Shown here: piece after piece, positions 36,301 through 50,600 of the stretch
Position numbering within the stretch: position 1 is the first letter of the stretch
Layout: each line of letters begins with the position of its first letter
DNA from: Phoronis australis
Taxonomy: Eukaryota > Animalia > Phoronida
NCBI GenBank assembly: GCA_002633005.1
Contig: NMRA01000097.1
Coordinates: forward strand, 645,734-709,733
Direction: 5' to 3'
Length of the DNA: 64,000 nt
The notes under the pieces: model-generated
Told to the model about the DNA's origin: nothing
Seen by the model: only the letters and a program-made list of their open reading frames with translations
Database searches by the model: none
Position numbers and translations under genes: made by a program

Positions 36301-38340
36301 GGAATAAGTAATCATACAATTTGCTTAAATATGTGTCGTGCATGGCAAATGCCTGTGTTTAAACTAAATTTTGGAAAGTTTAACTTTTAATCCTCCTTGC
36401 AAGCTACACCACCTTCAAATCGCGGGGTAAGTTGAATGTCACTTCGCTGTCCCCACAGTCATTTACATCCCATCGTTCGATCCTGGCCAATATGTGTCAA
36501 AGCAAATCTCCAGCGAACACATCTTCAGTAAGAATGACTTTTTCTAAGCTACCTTTAAAGTCAATTTCCAAGCTATTAAATAAATCTACTTGCTGTGTTA
36601 TTCTTGGAAAAAGTTGCAGATGTGATTACTGCTGGCTGCTCTGGTTTGATTACTAGTTCTCTACAAATAATGTTTGACAAATCAATTTCAAAATTGAACC
36701 TTTATTTAATATCCAAAACTATACCAATATCCAATATTAGGAAATTTCCATTCCACGTGACCACTTATTTATGAGTTGTCGATTGTTGACTCGTCTCTAC
36801 TGAAGCATAAGCTTATGATAAAATTCATATGTCGGAGCATCTCTGAACTCAGACACTGACAGTTCAGCAGTATTGCGATAATTGTGATTGGTTGACGTGG
36901 CATTGCGTAATATTATAACCTTAGTTAGATGTAGCAGTTGGGTCCGATTTATACAACTTTCCGTGTAATTCAATATACATAAAATCTTAACTGATATAGT
37001 GACCTAGAATTTACCCCGTGATGGCTCGGCTTCAAAACGGGAGTTCTTGTCCAGACCTCTTCAAGTCAACTTCCTCGCCAGTATTGTTAGAGTGACAGGT
37101 TATGATCTGTCTGATTATTTTTGGCCCATGCCATTAGTTTTGGTTAAACTTTTGGTTTGCATGGCAGCGTTTTCCCGTTCAGTGACTTTACCAGACGTAG
37201 GTGGTTCTGAGCCTGTGATAACATCTTGCTTCTTTGTTAATTGCCAAGCACACTCTTTTGCCTGTTACGACAACAAGCTGGCCACTTATCTACCAGGCTT
37301 ATTACAGGCCACATGTGAACACAGTCAAACTCAGAGTGAATTGGTGTATTCGGAAAGAATAGATTGCCGTAACTTCGGTTGCAGTTGGTGATTTTGGCGA
37401 TTCAAAAACTAAACATGATCACCATTTGACAAATAATTCAGAAATGCTATTGGTTTATGTTCAAATAATTATGTTATAACTTAACTTTGATTTTAACAGC
37501 ACAGCCAAGTCAGGGTAGATACAATCTTATTGGAGATTAGAGCAATTATCGAACAAAAGAGAACTGGCCCTCCAACCATAAATGCCAGAATGGAGTTAAT
37601 CAGTCGAGTAAGATATTGGCTAAGGGGTTTGTTGGGCGCAAGGGGAAAACGCCGTAATAAGAACTGTTTCATACCACCCTGTACTCACCAAGGACATGTA
37701 GCGAATCACCCTGTACTCACCAAGGGTATCTTGCCAATCTCTCCGCAGGTTGTGGATGCAGCCATTTCATTTCTAACTTCCTGTGTGCCGCCTGCGACCG
37801 ACACTGGGAGGACCACGAAACATTCTTTGAAACGGAAGATATGAGAAAAATGGCAGGACTTCCCTACGGTTTGTGAAATTCTTTTTCAAGAAAGGAATTG
37901 GTTACCTCCGGGTGAAAGTTATTCCACATATATCTCATGGAAGCATGCGAGTTAATTGGGTTGTATGTTCTTATCGTGAACACTAGGCTACCTGGACCAC
38001 TCAACAATGGAGGAAAGTCTTATAAGATTTTCAGCTCTTATGATGTCTGGCATGATCACTGAATGAGAGAAAGTTAATGTTGTTTCTCATGATAGCATCT
38101 TTATCATTTGCCTTTTTTGTAGGTGAAGCTTACCTACCATTTGCCGAGATGCCCGATTTACGTAATGCGGTGTTGACTGGAGATGAATACAATGATTCTG
38201 TATACTTGGCGCTAACTCAAGGTCAGGGAGCTATCCCAGACAACCCTGCGACAGGAAACAATATGGTTGTGCCATATCGTTCATCGTCACAATCTCTGCA
38301 GTCATTGTCCAGGACCGGATTCCGTCATGTATACGACTGA
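30387..38340 (+). CDS. FAM221B: FAM221B-like protein (DUF4475; 8 coding exons, about 473 aa)
   Basis: Exons 30387-30582, 31066-31355, 32471-32615, 33303-33443, 34822-34932, 35967-36167, 37749-37868, 38123-38340; phase-consistent GT-AG. A low-complexity S/P/T/R N-terminus precedes PIVPAKKFEVVAMAKAM..FGPRVKQLFDPE..A..TGVYIGWRCPEFKHDCQRVGTMSKCFCGH..CKCRSFQWIPSRPEEVGEFW..WRAKCKCKH..CGCSHFISNFLCAACDRHWEDHETFFET..GEAYLPFAEMP. The first two exons and start codon are less certain. Confidence 0.88.
33437..33662 (+). repeat. Tandem repeat, 3 x 72-74 bp, each copy containing the exon-4 splice-donor sequence
   Basis: caaacaggt(a/g)tggagtagt...gcaattttgaat starting at 33437, 33511 and 33583. Confidence 0.9.
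34282..34410 (+). mobile_element. Partial MITE (CATG-GCGCACCCAG family)
   Basis: catgggcgcacccagg...ggctcgaa...tttggcgaa...aaaaaggtccgcttcag; reverse-complement similar to 61850-61967 and 57090-57194. Confidence 0.65.
35523..35807. repeat. GC-rich minisatellite, about 13 x 21 bp
   Basis: Unit (a)ggatggcactgggcggccaat; bracketed by an 18-bp direct repeat attgttgggtgactggat (35488-35505 and 35818-35835). It explains the repetitive ORFs in the track. Confidence 0.93.
37160..37628 (+). repeat. Interspersed repeat, about 470 bp, copy 2
   Basis: Diverged same-orientation copy of 29564-30035; ORF-track peptides share CEHSQTQS..SERIDCRN.GCSW. Confidence 0.85.
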
Positions 38341-38902
38341 TGAGTAAATGCCAGAATCTCTTTTTTCGGATATCATATCCTCATCTTTTTTCAGTTATGG
38401 TATCTGCATTCCTTTGGCGATTAGTTTTTGTGGTCATGACTGTGGCTTTAGTAGCTTTTATCAGAAAGTGGCAGCAATAACGCCAAAAAGGAATTCTTTT
38501 AGCCTCATTAAAATTACTGTTAAAATACTTTAACAATCTGGAATGTTTTATTAATGTTTTTATCAGAGTGTTTATTTATGTACAACTTATTTAGTTTCTA
38601 TTTTTATCACACCTCGGTTTCATTTCCTGTGGCAAATTTGCTTGAAACTGTGTTTGTTTATGTATGTTTTGATTCCATGATGTTTTTATTAACTGTAACT
38701 GCAGATATTTATCAACTATTTTTAACAATATGTATGTTTGTATGCTCATGTATGTTGTACTTAAAGGTCCAACGATTTGTTGTTGAAAAGTTACATAACA
38801 CCAGTGCCTTTCTCATAATAGTTACTAAATGATGCCACTATAATGTCATGTGACAAAATTTTCTCTGGCAGTTGGTAAACTGAATCGAAACTTTGACTTG
38901 TG

Positions 38903-39042
38903 CATGGGCGCGCACCATAAGGGTCTGGGGGGCTATAGACCCCACTTTCTTAAGTGCTGCGCCGCCCATGGTCTATGGGCAGTACACCACAGGGGGGCTG
39001 GAGGCTTTAGCCCCCCACTTTTTTTCAGTGCTGCGCCGCCCA
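38903..39042 (+). mobile_element. MITE of the same family as 29253-29404
   Basis: catgggcgcgcac...ggggggctat...agtgctgcgccgcccatggtctatgggcagtacaccacaggggggctgg...agtgctgcgccgccca; same internal two-unit layout. Confidence 0.75.
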
Positions 39043-41659
39043 AGAGTGTGCCAATTACACTGTCTACTCAAAAACATTCATGGTGCAATTATAAGTTTGT
39101 GCTTTGATGGAGTTGTTTGAACTCTGGTTGACGTGTGGAATCAAGAAGTTGTGATAAATACAATTATGTTGAACTGAAAACGTTTTCCTTCTGAACAGTT
39201 GAATTATAAGCTGGTAGCACTTTTCCCAATTCTGGTATAAAAGCCTATGGGCTTGCGTGAGGGGGAGTCCCTGTAGCATTTCAGGAAATCAAAGCCGTCA
39301 TACATCGTTTTAGGTAAAATTTTTTTTTGAATTTTAAAAAAAGCTTTATTACTAATTTCGGCGTGCTCAGTACACTGTGTCTGGGTTTCGCGGGAACGCT
39401 GCAGTTCGTTAGTGCTTAGTCTTCGTCATGCATGTAGCATGACTGATGAGGGTCATTTCTGTTTCTAGTCGGATTGCCGCCGTTGGATTACGGAATGAGG
39501 GGACAAGATGCTTCAACCAACTGCACAAACAGATTTTTGTTGTGACTAGGGGCCGACAAATATTTACGGGCCCCCGTAACAACGGTCATACGGTTGCTTT
39601 GGCTTGCGTAGTACAGCCCGACCTAAAATATTCCGCTTGCTCCAATACTCGACGTTATACCTTTTGCACTGAAAGTTCCAAAGTCGCACCTCTCCGTAAC
39701 CTGTCGATAATTCGCTGTCTGGTCATGTTTTTACCTACAGCCGGGCACATCCAGTGGCGTGATGCGGCATATGATATGACTAGAACAGTATTTATATCAG
39801 TATCTGCATGCATAGAACAGATGCAGACACCCAGCTAGCTGCTTTTCTTTAACTTGTCCTGGACGACAAGGAGACCGCTACTCGGTGGATTGCATTTCGC
39901 CACCGTGACCATGTCGAAGAGACCACCATAAAAACTGGTATTGTGATGTCCAAAGCGTTGTGATGCCACAGTATTTTGTGCAACGAATTGGTGAATCTTT
40001 GTTGGAATGCACTATGTAGACTACTGTGAAATCATTTTAATTTGTAAAATGCAAAAATCACTATAAATCCTCAAATGATATGCGACCATTTACAAGTAAT
40101 GGCACAATTGACTTGGAAAAGTACTATGCAAAACGTGTCGAACTGATGAACCCCAAGAAGTAACGACTAAATCCTGTAAGTGAAATGCAGTGGAGACAAA
40201 GTTACTAAAATGATGTAAGGCACCCACTAAGTTTTATGATTCCGTAAAATGAAACTAGGCCTACTTGTTTGCAATGAGCCCATGAAATGGAAGTAATAAT
40301 TCCATCTTCTTGAAACGTAAAATTAATTCCTAAATATTGGAAGTAAATGAACCAGTAAAATGCTTCTGAATTAATGGCCGACAAAAATCACTAAATTAAG
40401 TCCGTGTAAATGCAACTATACAAAATCATAACAATCAGATAAATTAATGCAAGACGCAGTGAATTTATGAATCCGAAAAAGCATAGGATCTGATAGCGCA
40501 CAATGAATTACGGCAAAACAAGGACTGATGATTATTTTACTGCGATGAATAGGAGAACCTTGCAAAAGCTAAAAAGTCAGTGAATATGATTGTGTAAACA
40601 GTTTTTAGAATGTATACCGGTCTGTTACGCAGATCTTGTGCTGGCGATACGACAGACGACTGAGATTAGTTCTAGTTCAGCCAGGTTCGTGATCACGCAC
40701 CAGCCTGAGTAGCATGCCATTGTGGAAACAGAACAGTTCGAGTTGAACTAAATCGAACTACTGACGGCGGATGGAATTGAATCAATGAAAAACACTAGGT
40801 ACCACGACCCCTAAGTCTAGCGAAGGACTAACAGCTTATTAGCTATTCGTTACTTCTCACCATGCAGTTTAGTTGCTACTATACGTAAATCGCCTGCGGG
40901 GCCTCACACTACGGTAGTTGTGAGCAGCGGGATATCTGAGTTCAGTTGGACATGATCTTTACAAGGCCCCGCGGGAAAACCGGTGTCGACGTCCGCCCTT
41001 TAATATCACAAAAGTTGATCTAAGCTCCTAATTGACAGGGCAATTATCGCATTCGCGATGCGTTCACGGCAAGGTAGGCCCTAATATTGTCTTTAGTGAA
41101 ATAAATGTCAGAAAATCTGGTACTTTTTAATGTGGTTTTGGCTTCTGAAATTGAAATTTTCATGAAAATTTAAGTGTAGAATCCTTCTTACACGTAAGAA
41201 ATAAGATAAAATTTTGTTGACGGCAATTTTGAGTCGATGCATGTTAACATTAAATTTCACTCAGCGCGTTTGCATTGTGATAGCCGGCGCCGGGCTGACT
41301 CGGACTAACTCAGAGCCTACCCGAAAGAAAAGAGATTGACCGGTAACAGGCCTCTGAAGACGGTGGTGTCTGGGGTGCAGACTAAACGAGTTATTTGCAA
41401 TGCACTGTTTTTCCTGGGTATTTTGTTAATATTCACTGTCTCCTCTTGGCTAATTAGCTGTCCCACCCAATGAGCTATCTCATAGGGCACGTCCAACTTA
41501 GAGTATATTGAACACCAGATGTCGCGATTTGTATTTTTATTATCTCCTTTCCGAAAGAGTAAAGCTATGGCGCGATATTTTGCAAATTTTACTAAGCGAT
41601 GCCCTCTGCAACGTTAAACAGCTTGAATATAGTAGGCCTTAATATATACCTTTTTCGTG

Positions 41660-44600
41660 ATGTTGCACGAACTGCTGCTGGCACTAAATGGGTTTCCCGG
41701 AGGAATATTTGTCGAGGATCGAGCAAAAAACATACAGGTAGTGTGAAAGTTTAGGTAGGATTTGCCAACGACGTATACTGGGGAACCCAATGGTCGTCCG
41801 CCTAAGCATAAAACCGACTTGCTGTTGTACTCACCGAATTATTCCACTTCAAAGTTATGATCTGAATAGGATTCTATTTAACTCTCACAGATATACCGCA
41901 TTCATCGATTCGGAAGTTTTCTTTAATTTGTGCCGAGTTATTTCAAATGTGCACTGCCTTCGGCAGCCATTTTATTGTGACACCTAAGGTCGTCATATGC
42001 TGCCCCCTTTTGTAAAAACTGAGAAACATGCAGAAAAAGGCCAACGAAGTAATGAAAATTGCAACAGCCTGTTTTTATTGACATAAACTCGATTTGAAGC
42101 TTTGATGTTGAGCTCTGCACTGTGGTTTCCAATAAAAGCCAATTGGACAACATTTCAATGCAGTTTAATGGTGAATGCGTGAGGCAAAAATGTTAAGAAC
42201 CCAGCGTATCGCATTTGTCTGCGGATTTTTCCTTTGGCCTTCTAGATCCTACTAGTGCCTGGGAAAAACAGATACATTGCATAAACAAACCCTGGATCAT
42301 GTTTTGTGTCCCGTCGGAAGAAAATTTAAATTCGAAAACATCTTCTGAAAACGCACAAAAAAGTGTATTAGTAAAATCTACTGATTTTTAAGTGGTTTTA
42401 AAAAACAATCGGTAAACTCACCGATTTTTGTCTCATTACTTTGATACGTGTCTCTTCCGATAAGTTAGTACCTAACGTGCACACGAGCACTCCAAATTGG
42501 AACGCTAAGTCCCGCGTGGTTGCGCTGCACGCGAAACAAGATGGCGGACGACCTTTGGAGCCTGACGACAATAGGTAACCGGACTATATAATCGTATAGC
42601 ATGCCTAAATCTAAATGACTAGTCACTTATTTATTAATTTTACTAATTATATGAACATGGTGATTTTAGATATACTGATGTCCAGCAGTACATATTGTTG
42701 TAATCGGCAACAATATTCAAGTCACAGTATTGGCAGATTTACTAACATACTGAAACTTTCCGGTTAATTTCAGATTCTCTCAGAATTACCTTTCCTGCAC
42801 TCCACAGAGGCAGCCCTGTGTAACCGTCTCTGTGTGCTGGCAACGTATTACAAAAGGCTCAAAGACTTCATAAGAGAAAATGGCCATGTGTCCTCACTGA
42901 AGAGATCATCTGAAGGTGATTGTTGTATTTAGTGTTATTTTGGTGAAAACAATGATGGATTTAAATCGACTTGGCATGTTTTGGCGTTTATTAAAACACC
43001 ATCCTCAGAAGCATAAAACAGTGGCTACCTTGCTAGGCCCAACAACAAGTAATGATACAGTATCAGTATTATTACCCAGAAGACTGTTCGTGTATTTCTC
43101 ATGCACACTGAGTGAAAAACTCAATGTGCTCATAAAGAAACACGAGTACATTACTACTGGCACATAATTTGTTTTGTTCACAGGCTAGGTTGGTAGTCTC
43201 CTGTACCTCCAAGGTTTGTAAATATATGGTAGCTTGTGAATTCAATTTTGTCCAATTTTCATGCAAAGAACAGAAATGCAGTCCTCCTGTGCTGAATTGG
43301 GAATCTGCTGGTCCATGGACCTAGGAAGAGAGCTAATATTTTGGTGTATGCGTGCGAATGTAAATGGCTTCATTTTTGATAGAACATGCACGGTTCCCAT
43401 TCTTTAAGGAAATTTATAATTTTTAAATTTTTTATTGCAAAGACATAACTGACACACATACAAACATACTTTCTCTTTCATCCTTCTTGCACACAATGTA
43501 ATTACCATGTATAGAAACTGCCAACTTTTGCTGACTCAAACCTTCTTTTTTATTATAATTAAACTTTTCTATTTTGTAATATATATCCTGTTCTTGTTTA
43601 AAAAATATTTCAGATGGCTGTTGAGAATTTGGTTTTATGAGTAGACAGTTTTTTTGCTAAGAGTAAAGGAAAATGATGAGAACCTAGAAAAGACAAAGTT
43701 AATCTCCATAAATGTACATGGAAAGTTGGGAAATCTCACATGATAAAAATCTGTTGTTTTGCACGTCACATTTCAGATTGCGTTCAGTTCCTCAAGCATC
43801 AATCATCACTTAAATTTAACAGTGCATTGAGGGAAGATGGGAATTGTACCTTGGAGAACTCATACGGAAAATGAAGACACAAAATGAGTGGGAACTTCTT
43901 TCCCAATTAATGTTTTGATCGGTCGTATGCAATGTTGTCAGTTTTGTCTGCATTCCACGTACTTTTGACTGACACAATGTTATAACTGTCCCTTCAACAA
44001 TATGACAACACAGCTAAAGAAGCAAATTGTATGAAACACACACTAAATCAGGTCACTTGTCAGCACAATTCTCAATCTACGATCATACTTAATAGGTCAG
44101 GTGTCAGGTCTTCATGGACTTTACCTGCGATCGTTCTGCGATGGATTGGATAGGGTGCTGGACCCCTACAGAGAGACTCTGTTAAAGCTGGAGAAGGAGG
44201 TATTGGCTGATCCCCACCTGCATATATCTCACCTTCAGAGCTCTCTAGAGGAGGTAGGCTCTAAGTTTGTTTATCCTTTTATGATCTAAGCGCGTAATGA
44301 CTCAGATTTTACGCCTAGATATAAAGCTTTTCAGTGCTTTCTGCGCTGACCTGGAATTATTTTACATTAAAAATCATTGATTTTGCACGATTAATGAAAC
44401 ACTGGCTAAATTCAAGAAACTTTATTCCTTTTATGTGTATTTAACAGAATTTTACACATTTCAGAATGTATGAATATTTTAGGTGATTTACAGATACATC
44501 AAATTTTTCATCCAATGTCTATTCTGACCCCACCTCGACTGCCACTGTAAACTAATAAATAACATGTTGAAGAAGCCAATCTTTCTTTCCTTCTGAAGGA

Positions 44601-47600
44601 AGCGCTGTTCTGTTTTCAGTTTCTGCTCCTAATATGGTGTGCAGCAAATTAACTCGGATGCTGGAAAATAAATGCCGTTTGGAAATATGAGTCTATAGTT
44701 TTCTCATTTATTTTGGAAACATAGGAAAATATGTTTATTATCAAGCTTCAAAAAAGCTCCGCGAATTTTAGGTTCACTAAGCAAATTTAACAAAAAATTA
44801 AGGACTTAAAGCAAGTAATTTGAAACATCGCCTGCGATTGGGTGTTTAGCCACAATCAAAATTTTTTTTTTTTTAAGATCTACATTGTTTGTGTCAAACA
44901 TTTGTCTTAGGAAGATGCTGAGATTAACTTATTTTTAGACATCTGGAATTTTCTTTTCCTTTTTGCTTTAATTTCGTATCTGAAATATTTTCAAAGATAT
45001 ATGGATTTGTTGTAAAAGTTGATAGTAATGAATACTCTAGCATTATAATTTTAAAAGAAAGTTGACATATTTCATAGAAATTCTCCTTTAACAAATCATC
45101 GTTTAACATTGAAGAAAATCAGAAGAACACGAATTCTGACCAATAACTAGATAATTAGCAGAGAAATTGTACTTAACAATATACTCAACACTGGCGATTG
45201 GTTTTAAAAAGGTTGTGCAGTGTATAATTATGTACTTTTAATGAGAGAACTTCACTGACTGTTTCAGTACCACTTGTTATTGCCTGGTCTCTATTATGTT
45301 GTGGAAGAAATCAAGACTCACAAGGTGAGTGATCCTCACATCAGTTTGCATTAATAACTAGTACTGCTGTGTCTTGACAACACCGCTGACGGTAAAAAGT
45401 CTCTAGCGTGGGAAAAATTAATTATTCTGTATAATTATGTTGTTTTGTTTTGTGTCTCGAAAATCATGATTTTTTTTATTTTTCTATCATGAGCTTGGGA
45501 GAATTATTAATATATAATGTGATGCCTGATGTAAGATGTGACTGTCGCCAAAAGAAAAGCCTATCAGTTAAGGCTGGCTGGTATGTGTAAATGGAACTTA
45601 GTTTTTAAACGAACATGTCTTATAGAAAATTTGGTGCTCAAATATCTTTAACATCCACCTTGTTTTGACATGGCAGCTGGTGATTTGCTGATTACTTTCT
45701 TCTAGTTTGATCATTCCTGAAAGCTAGCAGCATTAATTTTACAAAATTAAATTGGCAGTGTATTTCTGGCTATTCACTTCCCGCAATGTTTTGTTTACAG
45801 CATCATGGCTGTCAACTGCTTGAAGTTCTTCACAAGCACACATCATGTGGGATACTTGTGGTCAAGAAAGCAATACACAAGTAAGTGGACAGTGACCTTA
45901 TTTACATTTGGCCAAGGTCGAGTGATTCTTGTTCATCATGCTAATTCTGCCCCATCACTGGGTAGAATTTGCTGTACACATAATCAACTTCTTACGGTAA
46001 TTTTTATCTCAGTAGGAAACACAATGAGTTAGCCGGTCTCATTAAGGTAGACCATCCTACAATGACACGGTAATGTTCCTAAAAATTATTTCAAACTTTT
46101 CAATTTATTTTTGTTTAGCTTCCTCTTAATTTTAAGTCTGGCTGTCAGAAATCTTGAGAATCCTTTCCACTGAAAGTACAGTAGAATTGGCAAAGTGTGT
46201 CTTGCATGATCGAAGGCATTACAAAAATTGTGAAGCAATTCACTGATGCAGAAATATAGTGTTAGAAACCTTTCATCAACAGGCATCCATGCCGAAAGAA
46301 TTTTGTTTGTTAGAGAAAATAACTGTCATTCGCTTCAGGAATTTGCAGGAACTGATTAGTATTGTGTCAAAAAATTATGTTTATACAGTACTGCTTTTCA
46401 TGAGACTGCCTGTACAATTCATAGTGGAAGAGTCTCTGCCCTGAATATGGTGATATTGTTTGATTATAATTGATTTGATGTCATTTCTTTGTTAGAATTC
46501 TTCACAACTGTCATCAGCTGATGTACAAGCAATTGTCTGCCTGGCTTTTGTATGGTCTTTTGACTGACCAATTCGGCGAGTTCTTTATTTACCGGGTCAA
46601 AGGTCGTCTCCACAGCAGCGACCTGTCAGTTGAGGAAGATGATCTTGGTCTTGGTGGAGTCACAGGCAGGCAACTCAGACAACTCATGGTAGGGTGGATT
46701 TTGCTCTTTGTCAAAAAGTATTGTCTATGTTGCCTTGGGGCTTGTTGTATCAAAGGTGTTACAGGCAGTGGTAGTTAAGATATTGTGAGTGTGAATGGGT
46801 TATTGTTGTCATGTGTACAGTAAATGACCATCTTCATAACCTCTTAAACCCCTGCCTGTCCAGCATACTCTGAAAATAAAACATCTAGATGTGATGAATC
46901 TGGCACCAGTTTTCTCATTCTTATGGCTTAAGTTATACACATTTCATGCTTACTAGTTTTTGTTTGTTTAGATACAGTTTCTTTTTGTACATTTCAGCAA
47001 ATTTCCGGAGTGCCCACAGAGGTCAGCACCAAGGACTTTGAGCAGTTTGCTATACGGCCTGGTATGTTGCCGTCATATATCCCGACCCGCATGGCTAACC
47101 GCATACTATTTGTTGGTGAATCCGTACAAATGTTCGAATCTGATGATACCTATGGCAAGCAGCGAACAAGTAAGCAAAGAAAAGCAGAATTATGTTCTAA
47201 TCCAACTTCTGCATCAAATGCTTGTTGTTATATGTATGATCATTGTCTGTGGTAACATGAACAAATATCCTATCGTGTTGAATTGCAAAAATGGAACAGA
47301 AGTTATCTTATTGCATTTCTCATCGGAAATCTCTGAAAGCACAATACTATGTAGAATTAGGCGAGACGTGCGACTGAAATTTGTCAAAATTGTACTTTTT
47401 TGAAGGTTTCTCAAATTTTGTTGACAGTCTAGGCATGGATATGGGATAGTTTCTGTAATGTTGCTGTAACACAAGAGATCACTAGTGTTTTGTGAGTAAG
47501 CAGGCAATATATTGAATGGTCTTATTGTAGTACAATGTCTGAGCAATGAGTGAGCAGCTAGTAGGTGTGTTGCTTAATCTTGGTAAACACTCACTAATAC

Positions 47601-50600
47601 TCACGGATCATAATCCAAGTCAAAGTTCACATAGTTAAAAAGTCTCTGCAGTATTTTCCCTCTCTCCCAATGAAACTCAATTATGCGGGTCAGGGTGCCA
47701 CAAAACCTGTTAGCTATTAATGGATTCTTGGTTTAGTTGGCAAGGGTTTTGAGAAATATTATGAATTTACAGGCTCAGTTTTGAAGAACCAGAAGGACGA
47801 TTTTGCTAAGCAGTTATACCAGCTGTCACTGCAAGAAGAGTTCTCTTTGATCGATTTTGAGAAAGTCATTGATGAAATACGTACCAGTGTTGCTGAGGTA
47901 GGAATATGTACTAAGTAGTGAAAGCCGCATGCAACTTTTAGTCACAGTTCAGTGAACATGGCGTCTATGACTAACGAAACTAGCCACGGACACAAACATT
48001 GTACTCCAACCATTCAGGTCATTGCGCAATCATGCAATGTAATGCAAATTTGCTGTTTTATTACAAGCATCAAAACTGATTCTTACAAATTTTATTATTT
48101 CAAATCTGAAACTGTTTTGATGTCCCAGCATTATTGTTAAATGCCTAAAAGTCTTGAACTGCATTTTGGGAAAACTTAACGCCTTGCTTTCATAGGCTTA
48201 TTTTGGAAATATTTTCTGAATGTAGAGCGCAATTTAAAATGTTACGGTTTGTATTGTTTCCTAGAGTTAAAACGTTTTAACGGAACGTGAAAGCTAAGCC
48301 AGACTGCATGGCTGAGTAAGAGGACTGAATTCAGTTTATTTTGTAGACAAGTAAAAACATGCTTAAACAAACTACCGTGATCTCTAGCTCTTATGTACAC
48401 GCACATTGTCCTTCATTCCTTTTGGATATCACTGACACATGTTCCACTTTTTGGTTCAAGTTTTTGGTAGGGAGTAGCAGGAGAGTTATTCCATTTAACG
48501 AGTGTACACCTAAGGCATACCACCTGAAATTCCAATTATCACAGTCTAATTGTAAATTTTCTGTACCAGCACCTGTGGACCCTAGTGGTGGAAGAGTCCA
48601 ACTTGGAAGGTCAGATGAGAATCATCAAAGACTTCTTTCTGCTGGGTCGAGGAGAGCTTATTCTGGCCTTCATCGACCAAGCCTCGCCAATGCTGTCAGT
48701 GCCACCCAGTGGTACCACACAACATGGTATTGTCTTTCTCTTTGTCTATAGAATGCAATGGGATGTTTGTCGTATGCTGGGTGCAATATTAGAGTTCAAG
48801 TACATTACTTTTCAAAAAAGTTAGAAATCAGTTAGTTCTTTTTGTCTGGTCTCCTTTTGGGTTTTTGCTATTGTTTTGACTATGGCAGGAGAATTTCAAC
48901 GAAATTTGGCAACTTTTTCAGAATGACTGTGGGCATTCTCAGTCATTCACTTTTGGAATAGTTTTAAAGCTGCATGTGCCAGACCTTGGCATAACTTGTA
49001 GTCTTATCTAAAATACAAATTAATATTTAAAACTGAATTTTGAGTTGTTTGTATCGGCTTGGAATTGGTGCATTTGAGTTCAAAGAAAAGACAACCATTT
49101 TGTTTGATTTTTAGAATTTACTTCGTTGTTCTTTGTACATTTTGTTGGTAGCCGTCTGTCTCAAGAGACAATGGATATGTGCCATCTGTCAGTCATTGGT
49201 TAAATTGCAGCATTGCTTGTGGCCAAAAAGTCCAATTCTGGCACATTTAGTTGTGATTATATACATTTGTTTGTATGTCCAGATATCAACATGGCGTTCC
49301 AGCAGGCAGGCAGGAGTGTATTGTTGGAGGATGAGTTGGTTCACAAGTTTACCCTCACAGTCGATGTCAAGCCAGGAAACAAGGATAAAAGTAAGACACG
49401 GTGAAATATTGAACATACTGTTGTAGGATTTCGCCCAATTCTGATTCTATCACTTGCTATTTTGATATAAAAAGCATTTGACATACAAATCTTTAGCGTT
49501 GCGAGAGTATGATAAATTTTAAGCCAGGTCATTGAGTTGTTGGTACAGATTCTGTTTGAAGTTTCAAACCTGATCAAATCTCTGATTTGTCTTTCAGAAA
49601 GCACCAGCCAAGAAGACACTTCGGCCAGTGAACCTGGATGGAATAGTCTGGGAATGAATTATACAGTGGAGTGGCCACTGCATGTACTGTTCACTCAGAG
49701 TGCTCTTGAAAAGTAAGTCAAGTGACTGTCATGACACATTGGCTAATGAATTGCCTGATCACTGCTCCACCTAGTGGCCTTTAATTTTTGAGATGGCTGC
49801 TGGGATGAGCCAAATCTGTCAAGGTAACAACTCATTCAGTGTCAGGGTTCCAAAAAAATTTAGTTTCCATTTCTCTTAACATATATAGATAAATCTTTCC
49901 TTTTAACATTAGCTCCCATTCTCCACTATTATGACGCATTTTGTGTCTGTGGCATACAGTAAAATTATAAAGTTAGTGTTCCTTAATTTTGTCACTGTAA
50001 AAAAGCTTGCTGTTATACATTTTATACAATTCAAATTAGCATATTAATTTTTGATAGCCTAAGTTTTTGTCCTAAATGAATCAGACATGTTGCCAACACT
50101 TAAAACGCTAGCATATATTTTACTTAAAACTCGCATATTGGAGATAATACTGTCAGATAACAGTTATCACCATAGAATAAATAAAGTACAAATTACTTCA
50201 AAGTTTACTGATGTGACGGGCTCTCTTTGTTCTTGACTGGAGACCAGATATGACTGTAACTGATAGCTCTGCCTACTCTCTTCACTATATTGTCACAGGT
50301 TGACATACTTTGAGCACAGAATACTATGTGTAGAACTTTTATCTTAGTATTCTAAATATACCTAAAACATTGGGAGATATTTGAGCAGAGTTTGCATCGT
50401 GGGATTAGTCTACCATCTTGGGTAGACTAAGTGTTTAGGCATAAACGTGAAGAAGTAGATTTCATGTATTAGGCCAGAATTGGGCAGTTCTAACACTGCT
50501 AACAGCTAACCCGCGCAGAGGTTATGGAATATTTCACTATTGACCAACTATGGTATACTTCACTATTGACCAACTATGGTATACTTCACTATTGACCAAC

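Noticed and set aside
39446-39838. 130-aa ORF between FAM221B and TUBGCP4
   Set aside because: No recognisable domain or splice context; the length is within chance expectation.
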